In this document: positions 8,650 through 17,476 of the stretch, piece by piece
Position numbering within the stretch: the stretch's first letter is position 1
How the letters are laid out: the number at the start of each line of letters is the position of its first letter
From: Copranaerobaculum intestinale
GTDB lineage: Bacteria; Bacillota_I; Bacilli_A; Erysipelotrichales; Erysipelotrichaceae
Length of the DNA stretch: 32,000 nucleotides
Assembly (NCBI RefSeq): GCF_009831105.1
Contig: NZ_WUUQ01000003.1
Location: forward strand, 30,001 to 62,000
Direction: 5' to 3'
Notes under the pieces: model-generated
Databases searched by the model: none
What the model saw: only the letters and a program-made list of their open reading frames with translations
Told to the model about the DNA's origin: nothing
Translations under genes and position numbers: made by a program

Positions 8650-10449
8650 ATGCAACCAACAACCGAAATTTTAGCAAGAATCAGTAGAAACTCACTCGCA
8701 AATAAAGATGAAATTTTTACCAGACTGTATCGCTATATGCTGAGGCCAGACCTGTATTTTCTGGCATATAAAAATCTGTATGCCAACAGTGGTGCCGCAA
8801 CTAAGGGTGCAAACGATGACACGGCAGATGGATTCAGCGAAGCCAAAATCGCAAATATCATCCAAAGGCTCGCTGATGAAACCTACCAGCCCACACCCGC
8901 CAGAAGAACCTATATCCAGAAGAAGAACAATCCCAAGAAAAAGCGACCTCTGGGAATCCCGACATTCACAGATAAGCTGGTACAGGAAGTTCTGCGGATG
9001 GTTCTCGAAGCGGTGTATGAGCCTGTTTTCTTGCCAGTTTCCCATGGATTCAGACCCAAAAGGAGCTGCCATACCGCACTGAAATCCTTAAAAATGGAGT
9101 TCAATGGTATGCGTTGGTTCGTGGAGGGTGACATCAAAGGGTGCTTTGACAATATCGACCACAGCGTTCTTGTAGGCTTGATTCATAGTAAAATCAAGGA
9201 TGCCCGGTTGATAAAGCTGATTTACAAATTTCTAAAGGCTGGATATTTGGAGGATTGGAAATATCACAAAACCTACAGTGGTACTCCACAGGGCGGTATC
9301 ATTTCTCCGCTCCTTGCTAACATCTATCTGCATGAGCTGGACAAATTTGTAATGAAGCTGAAAAGCGAATTTGATACCCATGGGCAAGAACCTGTCAGGA
9401 CAGAATATCGCCTCCTAAGCAATGACCTCCAGAAACTTTCCTATCACATCGGCAGACGCACCGGGGCAGAAAGAGAACAACTGCTTTCCGAATACAACGA
9501 AAAGCGGAAGCTCATGCTGAAAATGCCCTGTACAGCTCAGACAAAAAAGTGCATCAAGTATATCCGCTATGCGGATGACTTTATTCTCGGTGTGAAAGGA
9601 AGTCAAGAGGACTGCCAGTGGATAAAGAGTAAACTTTCTGAGTTTATCCGTGAAACCTTAAAGATGGAACTCAGCGAAGAAAAAACACTCATCACTCACA
9701 GCAGCGAAAGGGCAAGATTTTTGGGGTATGATGTTCGTGTTCGCAGAAGCAGCATTATCAAGCATGGTGGGCCAGGCAAAAAGACAAAACGCACCCTCAA
9801 CAATTCCTGTGAACTGTCTATCCCATTCGATGATAAGATTCACAGCTTCATTTTCGCCAAGGAAATTGCGATACAGAAACCGGATGGGAAACTCATGCCT
9901 GTCCGCCGTAAATCTCTTTTGCGACTCACAGATTTGGAAATCGTTTCTGCCTACAATGCGGAACTGCGGGGAATCTGCAACTACTATGGAATTGCCAGCA
10001 ATTTTTATAAACTGTGCTACTTTTCCTATCTCATGGAATACAGTTGCCTCAAAACCCTCGCAAGTAAGCATAAATGCACCATAGCCAAGGTGGTTGAGAA
10101 ATTCAAAGACCACTACGGAGAATGGGGAATCCCCTACGAAACCAAAACGGGGCAAAAACGATGCTATTTTGCAAAATACTCCGATTGCAAGGATAAGGCC
10201 AATCCGACGGACATCGTATGCAATGCTGCGGTGGAGTACGGATATTCCCGAACAGCCTTGGAGCAGAGATTGAAAGCAAAGGTCTGTGAGCTATGCGGTA
10301 CGACCGAGAGCGATTGTTACGAAGTTCACCATGTCAACAAGCTCAAAAACCTTAAGGGCAAGCAGGCATGGGAGGTTGCAATGATTGCAAAACGGCGTAA
10401 AACGCTGGTTGTGTGCAAAAAATGCCATGTTGCAATCCACAACCAGTGA
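8650..10449 (+). CDS. Group II intron-encoded protein: reverse transcriptase / maturase (X) / HNH endonuclease
   Basis: RT blocks are RPLGIPTFTDKLVQE, GDIKGCFDNIDH, GTPQGGIISPLLANIYL and IRYADDFILGV (YADD). The X domain has YNAELRGICNYYGIASNF. The C-terminal HNH is CELCG...EVHHVNKL...VCKKCHVAIH. ATG 8650 follows GGGAGGA. Confidence 0.95.
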   Translation: MQPTTEILARISRNSLANKDEIFTRLYRYMLRPDLYFLAYKNLYANSGAATKGANDDTADGFSEAKIANIIQRLADETYQPTPARRTYIQKKNNPKKKRPLGIPTFTDKLVQEVLRMVLEAVYEPVFLPVSHGFRPKRSCHTALKSLKMEFNGMRWFVEGDIKGCFDNIDHSVLVGLIHSKIKDARLIKLIYKFLKAGYLEDWKYHKTYSGTPQGGIISPLLANIYLHELDKFVMKLKSEFDTHGQEPVRTEYRLLSNDLQKLSYHIGRRTGAEREQLLSEYNEKRKLMLKMPCTAQTKKCIKYIRYADDFILGVKGSQEDCQWIKSKLSEFIRETLKMELSEEKTLITHSSERARFLGYDVRVRRSSIIKHGGPGKKTKRTLNNSCELSIPFDDKIHSFIFAKEIAIQKPDGKLMPVRRKSLLRLTDLEIVSAYNAELRGICNYYGIASNFYKLCYFSYLMEYSCLKTLASKHKCTIAKVVEKFKDHYGEWGIPYETKTGQKRCYFAKYSDCKDKANPTDIVCNAAVEYGYSRTALEQRLKAKVCELCGTTESDCYEVHHVNKLKNLKGKQAWEVAMIAKRRKTLVVCKKCHVAIHNQ

Positions 10450-10473
10450 GTAACTGCTGACCGAACGATAACA

Positions 10474-10568
10474 GAGCCGGATACATTGAGAGATGTAAGT
10501 CCGGTTCCCGGAGAGGGTGGTGCGAACCTACCATAGTAATATGGCAAGGCGGTGCCTCCCTACTCCAC
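10474..10568 (+). ncRNA. Intron ribozyme domains V and VI
   Basis: GAGCCGGATACATT-GAGA-GATGTAAGTCCGGTTC is a 34-nt domain V with the AGC triad and a tetraloop. GGAGAGGG...CCCT(A)CTCC forms the domain VI helix with a bulged branch-point A. Confidence 0.85.
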
Positions 10569-10874
10569 TACAACACCGGAGAGAGCCGTGGGAGGGAAAC
10601 CTCCCATTCACTCAACTATCAAAAATTGGGGAAAGAGCTGATGAGCCAGGATGAGCTTGCTGTTATGGATGGAGGCAAGTGTATCCTCCAGCTGCGCGGT
10701 GTGCGTCCTTTCCTTTCGGATAAGTACGACATCACCAAGCACCCCAATTTCAAGTACACTGCCGACGCGGATGATAAGAACGCTTTTGACATTGAAGCAT
10801 TCTTGTCTGCAAGGCTGAAACTCAAGCCCAATGAGGTCTGCGATGTATATGAAGTAGACACAAAGGGCGCTTAA
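10569..10874 (+). CDS. traG: Type IV coupling protein, exon 2 (C-terminal 101 aa)
   Basis: YNTGESRGRETSHSLNYQKLGKELMSQDELAVMDGGKCILQLRGVRPFLSDKYD is the conserved T4CP C-terminal region. It lies in the same codon phase as exon 1. Confidence 0.88.
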   Translation, partial: YNTGESRGRETSHSLNYQKLGKELMSQDELAVMDGGKCILQLRGVRPFLSDKYDITKHPNFKYTADADDKNAFDIEAFLSARLKLKPNEVCDVYEVDTKGA

Positions 10875-10988
10875 TTTCGTTCCGCTTTAGAAGGGAGTGA
10901 TCTTATCTATTCGCCGCACTTGCCCTCTATGGGCCATTGGCGTACAAAGCGGACAATCGCGAGAAAAAATAATGAAAAAGGAGGACAG

Positions 10989-11036
10989 CCGGAATCATGC
11001 CCCCGGAAACCGGGCGGCAGATTGTTCCGGCTTTTG
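10989..11036 (+). terminator. Rho-independent terminator after traG
   Basis: A long interrupted stem, GCCGGAA...TGCC-CCCGG-aaa-CCGGG-GGCA...TTCCGGC, followed by TTTT. Confidence 0.65.
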
Positions 11037-11093
11037 TATGCCTATGAAACATGACAAACCTATTTTTTAATCAGATTCCGGCTAACAAACTAT

Positions 11094-11312
11094 ATGGCAT
11101 TTTTTGAACAGGCAATCACCGTTCTTCAGACCCTCGTTATCGCGCTCGGTGCCGGTCTCGGTATCTGGGGCGTTATCAACCTGCTGGAAGGTTACGGCAA
11201 CGACAACCCCGGCGCCAAGAGCCAGGGCATGAAGCAGCTCATGGCCGGTGCTGGTGTAGCCGTGGTAGGCATGATCCTTGTACCTCTGCTCTCCGGGCTT
11301 TTCTCTGTCTAA
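11094..11312 (+). CDS. Maff2-family small membrane protein (pilin/VirB2-position protein of Firmicutes ICEs)
   Basis: The product is 72 aa with two hydrophobic helices around the NLLEGYGNDNPGAKSQGMKQLMAG motif. Confidence 0.75.
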   Translation: MAFFEQAITVLQTLVIALGAGLGIWGVINLLEGYGNDNPGAKSQGMKQLMAGAGVAVVGMILVPLLSGLFSV

Positions 11313-11334
11313 GCGTCTCCGTATGAAATCCTTG

Positions 11335-11360
11335 CCGCTCCCGCAGTTTTGCGGGGGCGG
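11335..11360 (+). promoter_or_regulatory. GC-rich intercistronic hairpin without a U-tract
   Basis: CCGCTCCCGCA (11335-11345) pairs with TGCGGGGGCGG (11350-11360) around a GTTT loop. It is directly followed by the RBS GGAAAGGAGG of the next gene. Confidence 0.5.
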
Positions 11361-11381
11361 CGGAAAGGAGGTTGACACCGT

Positions 11382-12251
11382 ATGGATTTCTTACTTGAAG
11401 CCCTGACAAATTGGCTGAAAGAAATGCTGGTGGGCGGCATTATGAGCAACCTTTCGGGGATGTTTGACAGTGTAAATCAGCAGGTCGCGGATATATCCGT
11501 ACAGGTAGGCCAGACCCCACAGGGATGGAATGGCAATATTTTCAGCATGATTGAGAATCTGTCCAACTCCATCATGGTGCCGATTGCAGGCGTGATCCTG
11601 GCTATCGTGATGACCGTAGACCTGATCCAGATGATCGCAGACAAGAACAACCTGCATGATGTGGACACCTGGATGATTTTCAAGTGGGTGTTCAAATCAG
11701 CCGCTGCCATCCTCATTGTCACAAACACATGGAATATCGTGATGGGCGTCTTTGATATGGCGCAGAGCGTAGTGGCGCAGGCGGCAGGGGTTATCAATTC
11801 GGATGCGTCCATTGACATTTCCTCAGTTATGACCGATCTGGAACCGAGGCTGATGGAAATGGATCTGGGACCGCTGTTCGGACTGTGGTTCCAATCCCTC
11901 TTTATTGGCATTACTATGTGGGCGTTATATATCTGTATCTTTATCGTTATTTATGGCCGTATGATCGAAATCTACCTTGTGACTTCGGTGGCTCCCGTTC
12001 CAATGGCTGCAATGATGGGTAAAGAATGGGGCGGTATGGGCCAGAATTATCTCCGATCCCTGCTGGCGCTGGGCTTTCAGGCGTTTCTCATTATCGTCTG
12101 CGTGGCAATTTATGCTGTGCTGGTGCAGAACATCGCTCTGGAAGATGACATCATCATGGCAATCTGGAGCTGCGTGGGCTACACCGTACTGCTATGTTTT
12201 ACGCTGTTCAAAACCGGCAGTCTCGCCAAATCAGTCTTTCAGGCGCACTAA
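11382..12251 (+). CDS. VirB6/TrbL-like polytopic membrane channel protein (CD1112-family by recollection)
   Basis: The product is 289 aa with multiple hydrophobic spans. It sits between the Maff2 and PrgI-like genes and has a strong RBS. Confidence 0.75.
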   Translation: MDFLLEALTNWLKEMLVGGIMSNLSGMFDSVNQQVADISVQVGQTPQGWNGNIFSMIENLSNSIMVPIAGVILAIVMTVDLIQMIADKNNLHDVDTWMIFKWVFKSAAAILIVTNTWNIVMGVFDMAQSVVAQAAGVINSDASIDISSVMTDLEPRLMEMDLGPLFGLWFQSLFIGITMWALYICIFIVIYGRMIEIYLVTSVAPVPMAAMMGKEWGGMGQNYLRSLLALGFQAFLIIVCVAIYAVLVQNIALEDDIIMAIWSCVGYTVLLCFTLFKTGSLAKSVFQAH

Positions 12252-12271
12252 AACGGAAGGAGGTTTCCACA

Positions 12272-12727
12272 TTGGCTTATGTACCCGTACCCAAGGACTT
12301 AACAAAAGTCAAAACAAAGGTCATGTTCAATCTGACCAAGCGGCAGCTTATCTGCTTCACGGGCGGAGCGCTTATTGGCGTACCGCTTTTCTTTTTGCTC
12401 AGAAAACCTACCGGAAACAGTGTAGCGGCTATGTGTATGATGCTGGTTATGCTGCCATTCTTTATGATGGCTATGTACGAAAAGCATGGACAGCCCCTGG
12501 AAAAGATCGTGGGCAACATTCTCAAAGTAGCTGTGATCCGTCCCAAGCAGCGTCCCTACCAGACCAATAACTTTTATGCCGTATTAAAGCGGCAGGAAAT
12601 GCTCGATAAGGAGGTGTATGACATTGTTCACCGCAATAAAAAAATGGCTGCATCGGATGTTCGGGAAAACCGAGGAAAAAACTGTGCAGCCGGTAAAGAC
12701 AAAGAAAAAGCTGTCCCGCGCCGATAA
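12272..12727 (+). CDS. PrgI-family conjugation membrane protein (VirB3-like position)
   Basis: (M)AYVPVPKDLTKVKTKVMFNLTKRQLICF followed by two TM helices. TTG 12272 lies after GGAAGGAGG. The track's 12194 start overlaps the upstream gene. Confidence 0.7.
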   Translation: MAYVPVPKDLTKVKTKVMFNLTKRQLICFTGGALIGVPLFFLLRKPTGNSVAAMCMMLVMLPFFMMAMYEKHGQPLEKIVGNILKVAVIRPKQRPYQTNNFYAVLKRQEMLDKEVYDIVHRNKKMAASDVRENRGKNCAAGKDKEKAVPRR

Positions 12728-15083
12728 GAAGCAGATCGAAGCGGCCATTGTCCGCGCCAACCGCACGGACAAAAAAGGAAAATCTGCGCAGGACAGTATC
12801 CCTTATGAACGGATGTGGCCGGACGGAATCTGCCGCATATCGGACAGCCACTACACAAAGACCATTCAGTTTCAGGACATCAACTATCAGCTCTCCCAAA
12901 ACGAAGATAAGACGGCAATCTTTGAGGGTTGGTGTGATTTCCTCAATTATTTTGACAGCTCGATTCATTTCCAGCTGTCTTTTTTGAACCTTGCGGCATC
13001 GGAGGAGACCTTTGCTAACTCCATTTCCATCCCGCCCCAGAGGGATGCCTTTGACAGTATCCGCGAGGAATACACCACAATGCTGCAAAATCAGCTGGCC
13101 AGAGGTAACAACGGTCTCATCAAGACCAAATACCTGACTTTTGGTATCGACGCAGACAGCATCAAAGCTGCCAAGCCCCGTCTGGAGCGTATTGAGACCG
13201 ATATACTTAATAACTTCAAGCGTCTTGGTGTAGCTGCCAGAACGCTGGACGGTAAAGAAAGGCTTTCTCAGCTTCATGCAGTATTCCACATGGACGAACA
13301 GCTCCCATTTCAGTTTGAATGGGACTGGCTGGCCCCTTCCGGTCTGTCCACAAAGGATTTTATTGCACCAAGCTCCTTTGAGTTCCGCACCGGCAAGCAG
13401 TTCCGTATGGGCAAGAAATACGGGGCTGTTTCTTTTTTGCAGATTCTCGCACCGGAGCTGAATGACCGTCTGCTGGCTGATTTTCTGGATATGGAAAGCT
13501 CGCTCATTGTGAGTATGCACATTCAGTCGGTGGATCAGGTGAAAGCCATCAAAACGGTAAAGCGCAAGATTACCGACCTTGACCGCAGTAAGATTGAGGA
13601 ACAGAAAAAAGCGGTCCGCGCCGGATATGACATGGACATCATTCCCTCTGACCTTGCCACATACGGCAGTGAAGCGAAAAAACTCTTGCAGGATTTGCAG
13701 AGCCGCAACGAGAGAATGTTCCTTTTGACCTTTCTGGTGCTGAACACAGCGGACAATCCCCGTCAGCTTGGCAACAACATTTTCCAGGCAGGCTCCATTG
13801 CCCAGAAGTATAACTGTCAGCTGACCAGGCTGGACTTCCAGCAAGAAGAAGGGCTGATGAGCTGTCTGCCCCTGGGACTCAATCAGATCGAGATCCAGCG
13901 AGGACTGACCACCAGTTCTACGGCCATCTTTGTACCGTTCACCACACAGGAATTATTCCAGAACGGCAAAGAAGCTCTGTACTACGGCATCAACGCCCTG
14001 TCCAACAATCTCATCATGGTGGATCGAAAGCTGCTGAAAAACCCCAACGGCTTGATTTTGGGTACGCCGGGTTCCGGTAAGTCCTTCAGCGCAAAACGAG
14101 AAATCGCAAACTGCTTTTTGCTTACCAGTGATGATGTTATCATTTGTGACCCGGAAGCGGAGTATGCACCTCTGGTGGAGCGTCTGCATGGGCAGGTCAT
14201 CAAGATCTCGCCTACCTCCACCAACTACATCAATCCGATGGACCTGAACCTGGACTACTCGGATGATGAAAGCCCGCTGTCCCTCAAGTCTGACTTTATT
14301 CTCAGCTTGTGTGAGCTGATCGTGGGCGGTAAGGAGGGCTTGCAGCCGGTGCAGAAAACCATCATCGACCGCTGTGTGCGTCTGGTCTATCAGACTTACC
14401 TCAATGACCCGCGCCCGGAGAATATGCCCATACTGGAGGATCTGTATAACCTGCTTCGGGAACAGGAGGAAAAGGAAGCTCAGTATATCGCTACGGCCCT
14501 TGAAATCTATGTAACCGGCTCCCTCAATGTGTTCAACCACCAGAGCAATGTGGACATCAACAACCGCATTGTCTGCTATGACATCAAGGAACTGGGCAAG
14601 CAGCTTAAGAAAATCGGTATGCTGGTGGTACAGGATCAGGTGTGGAACCGTGTTACCATTAACCGTGCCGCCCACAAGTCCACCCGTTACTATATCGACG
14701 AGATGCACCTGCTTTTGAAGGAGGAACAGACCGCTGCCTATACGGTGGAAATCTGGAAGCGATTCCGTAAATGGGGCGGTATTCCGACAGGTATTACCCA
14801 GAATGTCAAAGACCTTTTGAGCAGCCGCGAGGTAGAGAACATCTTTGAAAACTCCGACTTCGTGTATATGCTCAACCAGGCAGGCGGAGACCGTCAGATA
14901 CTTGCCAAGCAGCTGGGCATTTCCACACACCAGCTTAGCTATGTGACCCACTCCGGTGAGGGCGAGGGCCTGCTGTTCTATGGCTCCACAATTCTGCCTT
15001 TCGTGGACCACTTCCCGAAGAATACCGAGCTGTACCGCATTATGACCACCAAACCCCAGGAACTGAAAAAGGAGGATGAATGA
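12618..15083 (+). CDS. virB4: VirB4-family conjugative ATPase (CD1110-type)
   Basis: SIPYERMWPDGICRI is the N-terminal signature. Walker A is LGTPGSGKSF and Walker B-like is RYYIDEMHLL. The start is uncertain among 12618, 12624 and 12657. Confidence 0.93.
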   Translation: MTLFTAIKKWLHRMFGKTEEKTVQPVKTKKKLSRADKKQIEAAIVRANRTDKKGKSAQDSIPYERMWPDGICRISDSHYTKTIQFQDINYQLSQNEDKTAIFEGWCDFLNYFDSSIHFQLSFLNLAASEETFANSISIPPQRDAFDSIREEYTTMLQNQLARGNNGLIKTKYLTFGIDADSIKAAKPRLERIETDILNNFKRLGVAARTLDGKERLSQLHAVFHMDEQLPFQFEWDWLAPSGLSTKDFIAPSSFEFRTGKQFRMGKKYGAVSFLQILAPELNDRLLADFLDMESSLIVSMHIQSVDQVKAIKTVKRKITDLDRSKIEEQKKAVRAGYDMDIIPSDLATYGSEAKKLLQDLQSRNERMFLLTFLVLNTADNPRQLGNNIFQAGSIAQKYNCQLTRLDFQQEEGLMSCLPLGLNQIEIQRGLTTSSTAIFVPFTTQELFQNGKEALYYGINALSNNLIMVDRKLLKNPNGLILGTPGSGKSFSAKREIANCFLLTSDDVIICDPEAEYAPLVERLHGQVIKISPTSTNYINPMDLNLDYSDDESPLSLKSDFILSLCELIVGGKEGLQPVQKTIIDRCVRLVYQTYLNDPRPENMPILEDLYNLLREQEEKEAQYIATALEIYVTGSLNVFNHQSNVDINNRIVCYDIKELGKQLKKIGMLVVQDQVWNRVTINRAAHKSTRYYIDEMHLLLKEEQTAAYTVEIWKRFRKWGGIPTGITQNVKDLLSSREVENIFENSDFVYMLNQAGGDRQILAKQLGISTHQLSYVTHSGEGEGLLFYGSTILPFVDHFPKNTELYRIMTTKPQELKKEDE

Positions 15084-15463
15084 TGATGAACCCCAACATT
15101 TTGAATCAAAACCCGTTGATGTTTTTTGACAGGGCGGTAAATGCCCAGCGCAGCCAGCTGCTTACGGTCATGGCCGATGCGGTAAGTGAGTGCCGCACGG
15201 CGGCAGATCAGGCAGCCGAACTGAATGAGACCGGTCAGGTGGGGCTGCTCCGTCTGGCAGAGGTCTGGAGCACCATCCGTGCCAAGGAAGGTATGAGTGG
15301 TCTGGTTCTGGAAGGAACCGAAGCGAAAATCCTGTCCGATGTGGTGGCACAGTTTTACGCCTACCTGTCCGGTTGTATGTTCAACGATCCTGTGGGAATG
15401 GCCATTTATGCAGAGCTGCACTACATGATGTCCTCCCTCATGCTGGGAGAATGGTTTGAATAA
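15080..15463 (+). CDS. Hypothetical soluble 127-aa protein within the T4SS operon
   Basis: ATGA overlap with the virB4 stop. Composition matches the flanks. No recognisable motif. Confidence 0.5.
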   Translation: MMMNPNILNQNPLMFFDRAVNAQRSQLLTVMADAVSECRTAADQAAELNETGQVGLLRLAEVWSTIRAKEGMSGLVLEGTEAKILSDVVAQFYAYLSGCMFNDPVGMAIYAELHYMMSSLMLGEWFE

Positions 15464-17192
15464 GGAGCCGCGCCTGCGCTTTACTGATGAGGAACGGTCT
15501 GACCCTGCACTGGAAAAGCCGATCCGTAAAGCGGAGAAAGCTGCGGCCAGAGCAGATAAGGCGCAGGCCAATATCCCAAAGAAAAAGGTCAGGCAGACGG
15601 TCATCGACCCGGATACCGGAAAAAAGACCTCGAAGCTGACCTTTGAGGACAAGAAAAAGCCACCCTCCAAACTTTCTCAAGGGGTCAAGGAAGCTCCCGT
15701 CCATCTGGTTGTGGGCAAGCTCCACAAAGAGATCCGGGAAACAGAACAGGACAATGTGGGCGTGGAAAGCGCCCACAAGTCCGAGGAAGCGGTGGAGACC
15801 GGCGCTTATCTGGTGCGGGAGGGCTATCGCAGCCACAAGCTGAAGCCGTACCGCAAAGCAGCACAGGCAGAGCGCCAACTGGAAAAGGCAAATGTAAATG
15901 TTCTGTACCAGAAATCTTTGCAGGAAAATCCCCAGTTTGCCAGCAATCCACTTTCCCGCTGGCAGCAAAAGCAGGCCATCAAAAAGCAGTATGCCGCCGC
16001 CAAACATGCCGGTCAGACTGCTGGAAATACTGCCCAGGCTGCATCCAAAACAGGAAAAGCCGCAAGGACGGTAAAAGAAAAGGTACAGCAGGCAGGGGCA
16101 TTCGTCATGCGCCACAAGAAGGGTTTCCTGATGGCAGGGGTTTTGTTCCTCATTACCTGTATGCTGATGAATACCATGTCCTCCTGCTCCATGATGGCGC
16201 AGAGCATCGGTTCCGTTCTCTCCGGCACCACCTATCCGTCGGATGACCCGGAAATGCTGGCGGTGGAGGCAGATTATGCAGCCAGAGAAGCCCAGTTGCA
16301 GGAGGAAATCGACAACATAGAAAGCAGCCACCCAGGGTATGACGAGTATCGCTATGACCTTGGTATGATCGGCCATGACCCTCATGAGCTGGCAGCATTT
16401 CTGTCTGCCGTTTTGCAAGGCTACACCCGGCAGAGCGCTCAGGCAGAGCTGGCGCGTGTGTTTGCAGCACAGTATCAGCTGACGCTTACTGAGGAAGTGG
16501 AGATTCGCTACCGCACGGAGACCTCCACCGACCCGGAGACCGGCGAGACCACCTCAGAAGAAGTCCCCTATGAGTATTACATTTTGAATGTGAAACTCGC
16601 CAGCAAGCCCATTTCCGCTGTGGTGTCGGAGCTTCTGACCCCGGAGCAGATGAAAATGTATCAGGTTTACCGGCAGACCATGGGCAATAAGCCGCTGTTG
16701 TTTGGCGGCGGCTCCCCTGATACCAGCGGCTCGGAAGATCTGTCCGGTGTGCAGTTCATTAACGGTACCCGCCCCGGCAATCCTCAGCTGGTGGAACTGG
16801 CCAAGCGTCAGGTGGGCAATGTGGGCGGTTATCCCTACTGGAGCTGGTACGGCTTTGACTCCCGTGTGGAATGGTGCGCCTGCTTCGTATCCTGGTGCTA
16901 TAACCAGGCAGGAAAAAGTGAACCGCGCTTTGCAGGCTGTGAGTGGCAGGGCGTTCCGTGGTTCCAGTCCCATGGACAATGGGGTGCAAGAGGCTATAAC
17001 AATCTGGCTCCCGGAGATGCAATTTTCTTTGACTGGGATTTGGATGGGACAGCAGACCATGTAGGTATCGTGATCGGTACGGATGGCAGCCGTGTTTATA
17101 CCGTGGAGGGAAATTCCGGCGATGCCTGCAAGATCAAAAGTTATGACCTGAATTATCAAAGCATTAAGGGCTACGGCCTGATGAACTGGTAA
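15456..17192 (+). CDS. Membrane-anchored cell-wall hydrolase with C-terminal CHAP domain (VirB1 analogue; CD1108-type)
   Basis: Lys-rich N-terminus and a TM segment GFLMAGVLFLITCMLM. The CHAP motifs are WCACFVSWCYNQAG (Cys) and DHVGIV...VEGN (His). TTG start. Confidence 0.85.
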   Translation: MNKEPRLRFTDEERSDPALEKPIRKAEKAAARADKAQANIPKKKVRQTVIDPDTGKKTSKLTFEDKKKPPSKLSQGVKEAPVHLVVGKLHKEIRETEQDNVGVESAHKSEEAVETGAYLVREGYRSHKLKPYRKAAQAERQLEKANVNVLYQKSLQENPQFASNPLSRWQQKQAIKKQYAAAKHAGQTAGNTAQAASKTGKAARTVKEKVQQAGAFVMRHKKGFLMAGVLFLITCMLMNTMSSCSMMAQSIGSVLSGTTYPSDDPEMLAVEADYAAREAQLQEEIDNIESSHPGYDEYRYDLGMIGHDPHELAAFLSAVLQGYTRQSAQAELARVFAAQYQLTLTEEVEIRYRTETSTDPETGETTSEEVPYEYYILNVKLASKPISAVVSELLTPEQMKMYQVYRQTMGNKPLLFGGGSPDTSGSEDLSGVQFINGTRPGNPQLVELAKRQVGNVGGYPYWSWYGFDSRVEWCACFVSWCYNQAGKSEPRFAGCEWQGVPWFQSHGQWGARGYNNLAPGDAIFFDWDLDGTADHVGIVIGTDGSRVYTVEGNSGDACKIKSYDLNYQSIKGYGLMNW

Positions 17193-17221
17193 CAGAGATT
17201 TTTAAGAAGGAGTGATAGACG

Positions 17222-17476
17222 ATGGCAAAGAACAAAATTGAGCGCATTGACCAGGAGATTACAAAGGTCCGCGAGAAGATCGCAGAGTATCAGGAAAAGC
17301 TCAAGGCGCTGGAAGCACAGAAAACCGAGGCAGAAAATTTGGAGATCGTTCAGATGGTTCGTGCGTTACGCATGACTCCAGCACAGCTGAACGCTATGCT
17401 TTCCGGTGGAATGAACCACGGCAGAGATACAGCACTGTCGGAATCAAATAATCAGGAGGCTACCGCTTATGAATAA
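17222..17476 (+). CDS. DUF4315-like coiled-coil protein
   Basis: [57 protein letters not shown] upstream. Confidence 0.65.
   Translation: MAKNKIERIDQEITKVREKIAEYQEKLKALEAQKTEAENLEIVQMVRALRMTPAQLNAMLSGGMNHGRDTALSESNNQEATAYE

Larger units (their letters stand above)
8075..10568 (+). mobile_element. Group II intron (2494 nt) with an ORF in domain IV
   Basis: 5' GTGCG at 8075. Candidate EBS1 GGTGTC (8353-8358) is complementary to the last 6 exon nt, GACACC (8069-8074). Domain V is at 10474-10507. Domain VI has a bulged A at 10562, 7 nt from the 3' end, and the intron ends in ...AC. Removal restores the T4CP frame (...ETIDT|YNTGESRGRETSHSLNYQKLGKEL...). Confidence 0.93.

Noticed and set aside
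8650-10449. Whether the reverse transcriptase could be a retron, DGR or Abi-type defence RT.
   Set aside because: It has the maturase X domain and an HNH domain. It sits in domain IV of an RNA with a GTGCG 5' end, canonical domains V and VI and EBS1/IBS1 pairing, and it precisely interrupts a conserved gene. It is an ordinary group II intron IEP. No msr/msd-like or TR/VR repeats were seen.
10898-11074. Small ORFs in the traG-Maff2 spacer: a GTG-initiated ORF of about 58 codons and a nested 32-codon ATG ORF at 10970.
   Set aside because: Neither has a usable RBS spacing. The sequence is better explained by the long terminator stem at 10989-11036.
12522-13844. Long minus-strand ORFs. Examples are 12522-13844, 13953-15011, 19118-20938, 22078-24213, 27284-29035 and 29279-31390, plus many shorter ones.
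   Set aside because: Each lies antisense to a + strand gene with unmistakable family motifs (VirB4, TopB, polyvalent proteins). Their translations are low-complexity (Leu/Arg/Gly/Gln-rich) with no motifs or RBS. GC-rich third-position bias removes stops from the antisense frames.
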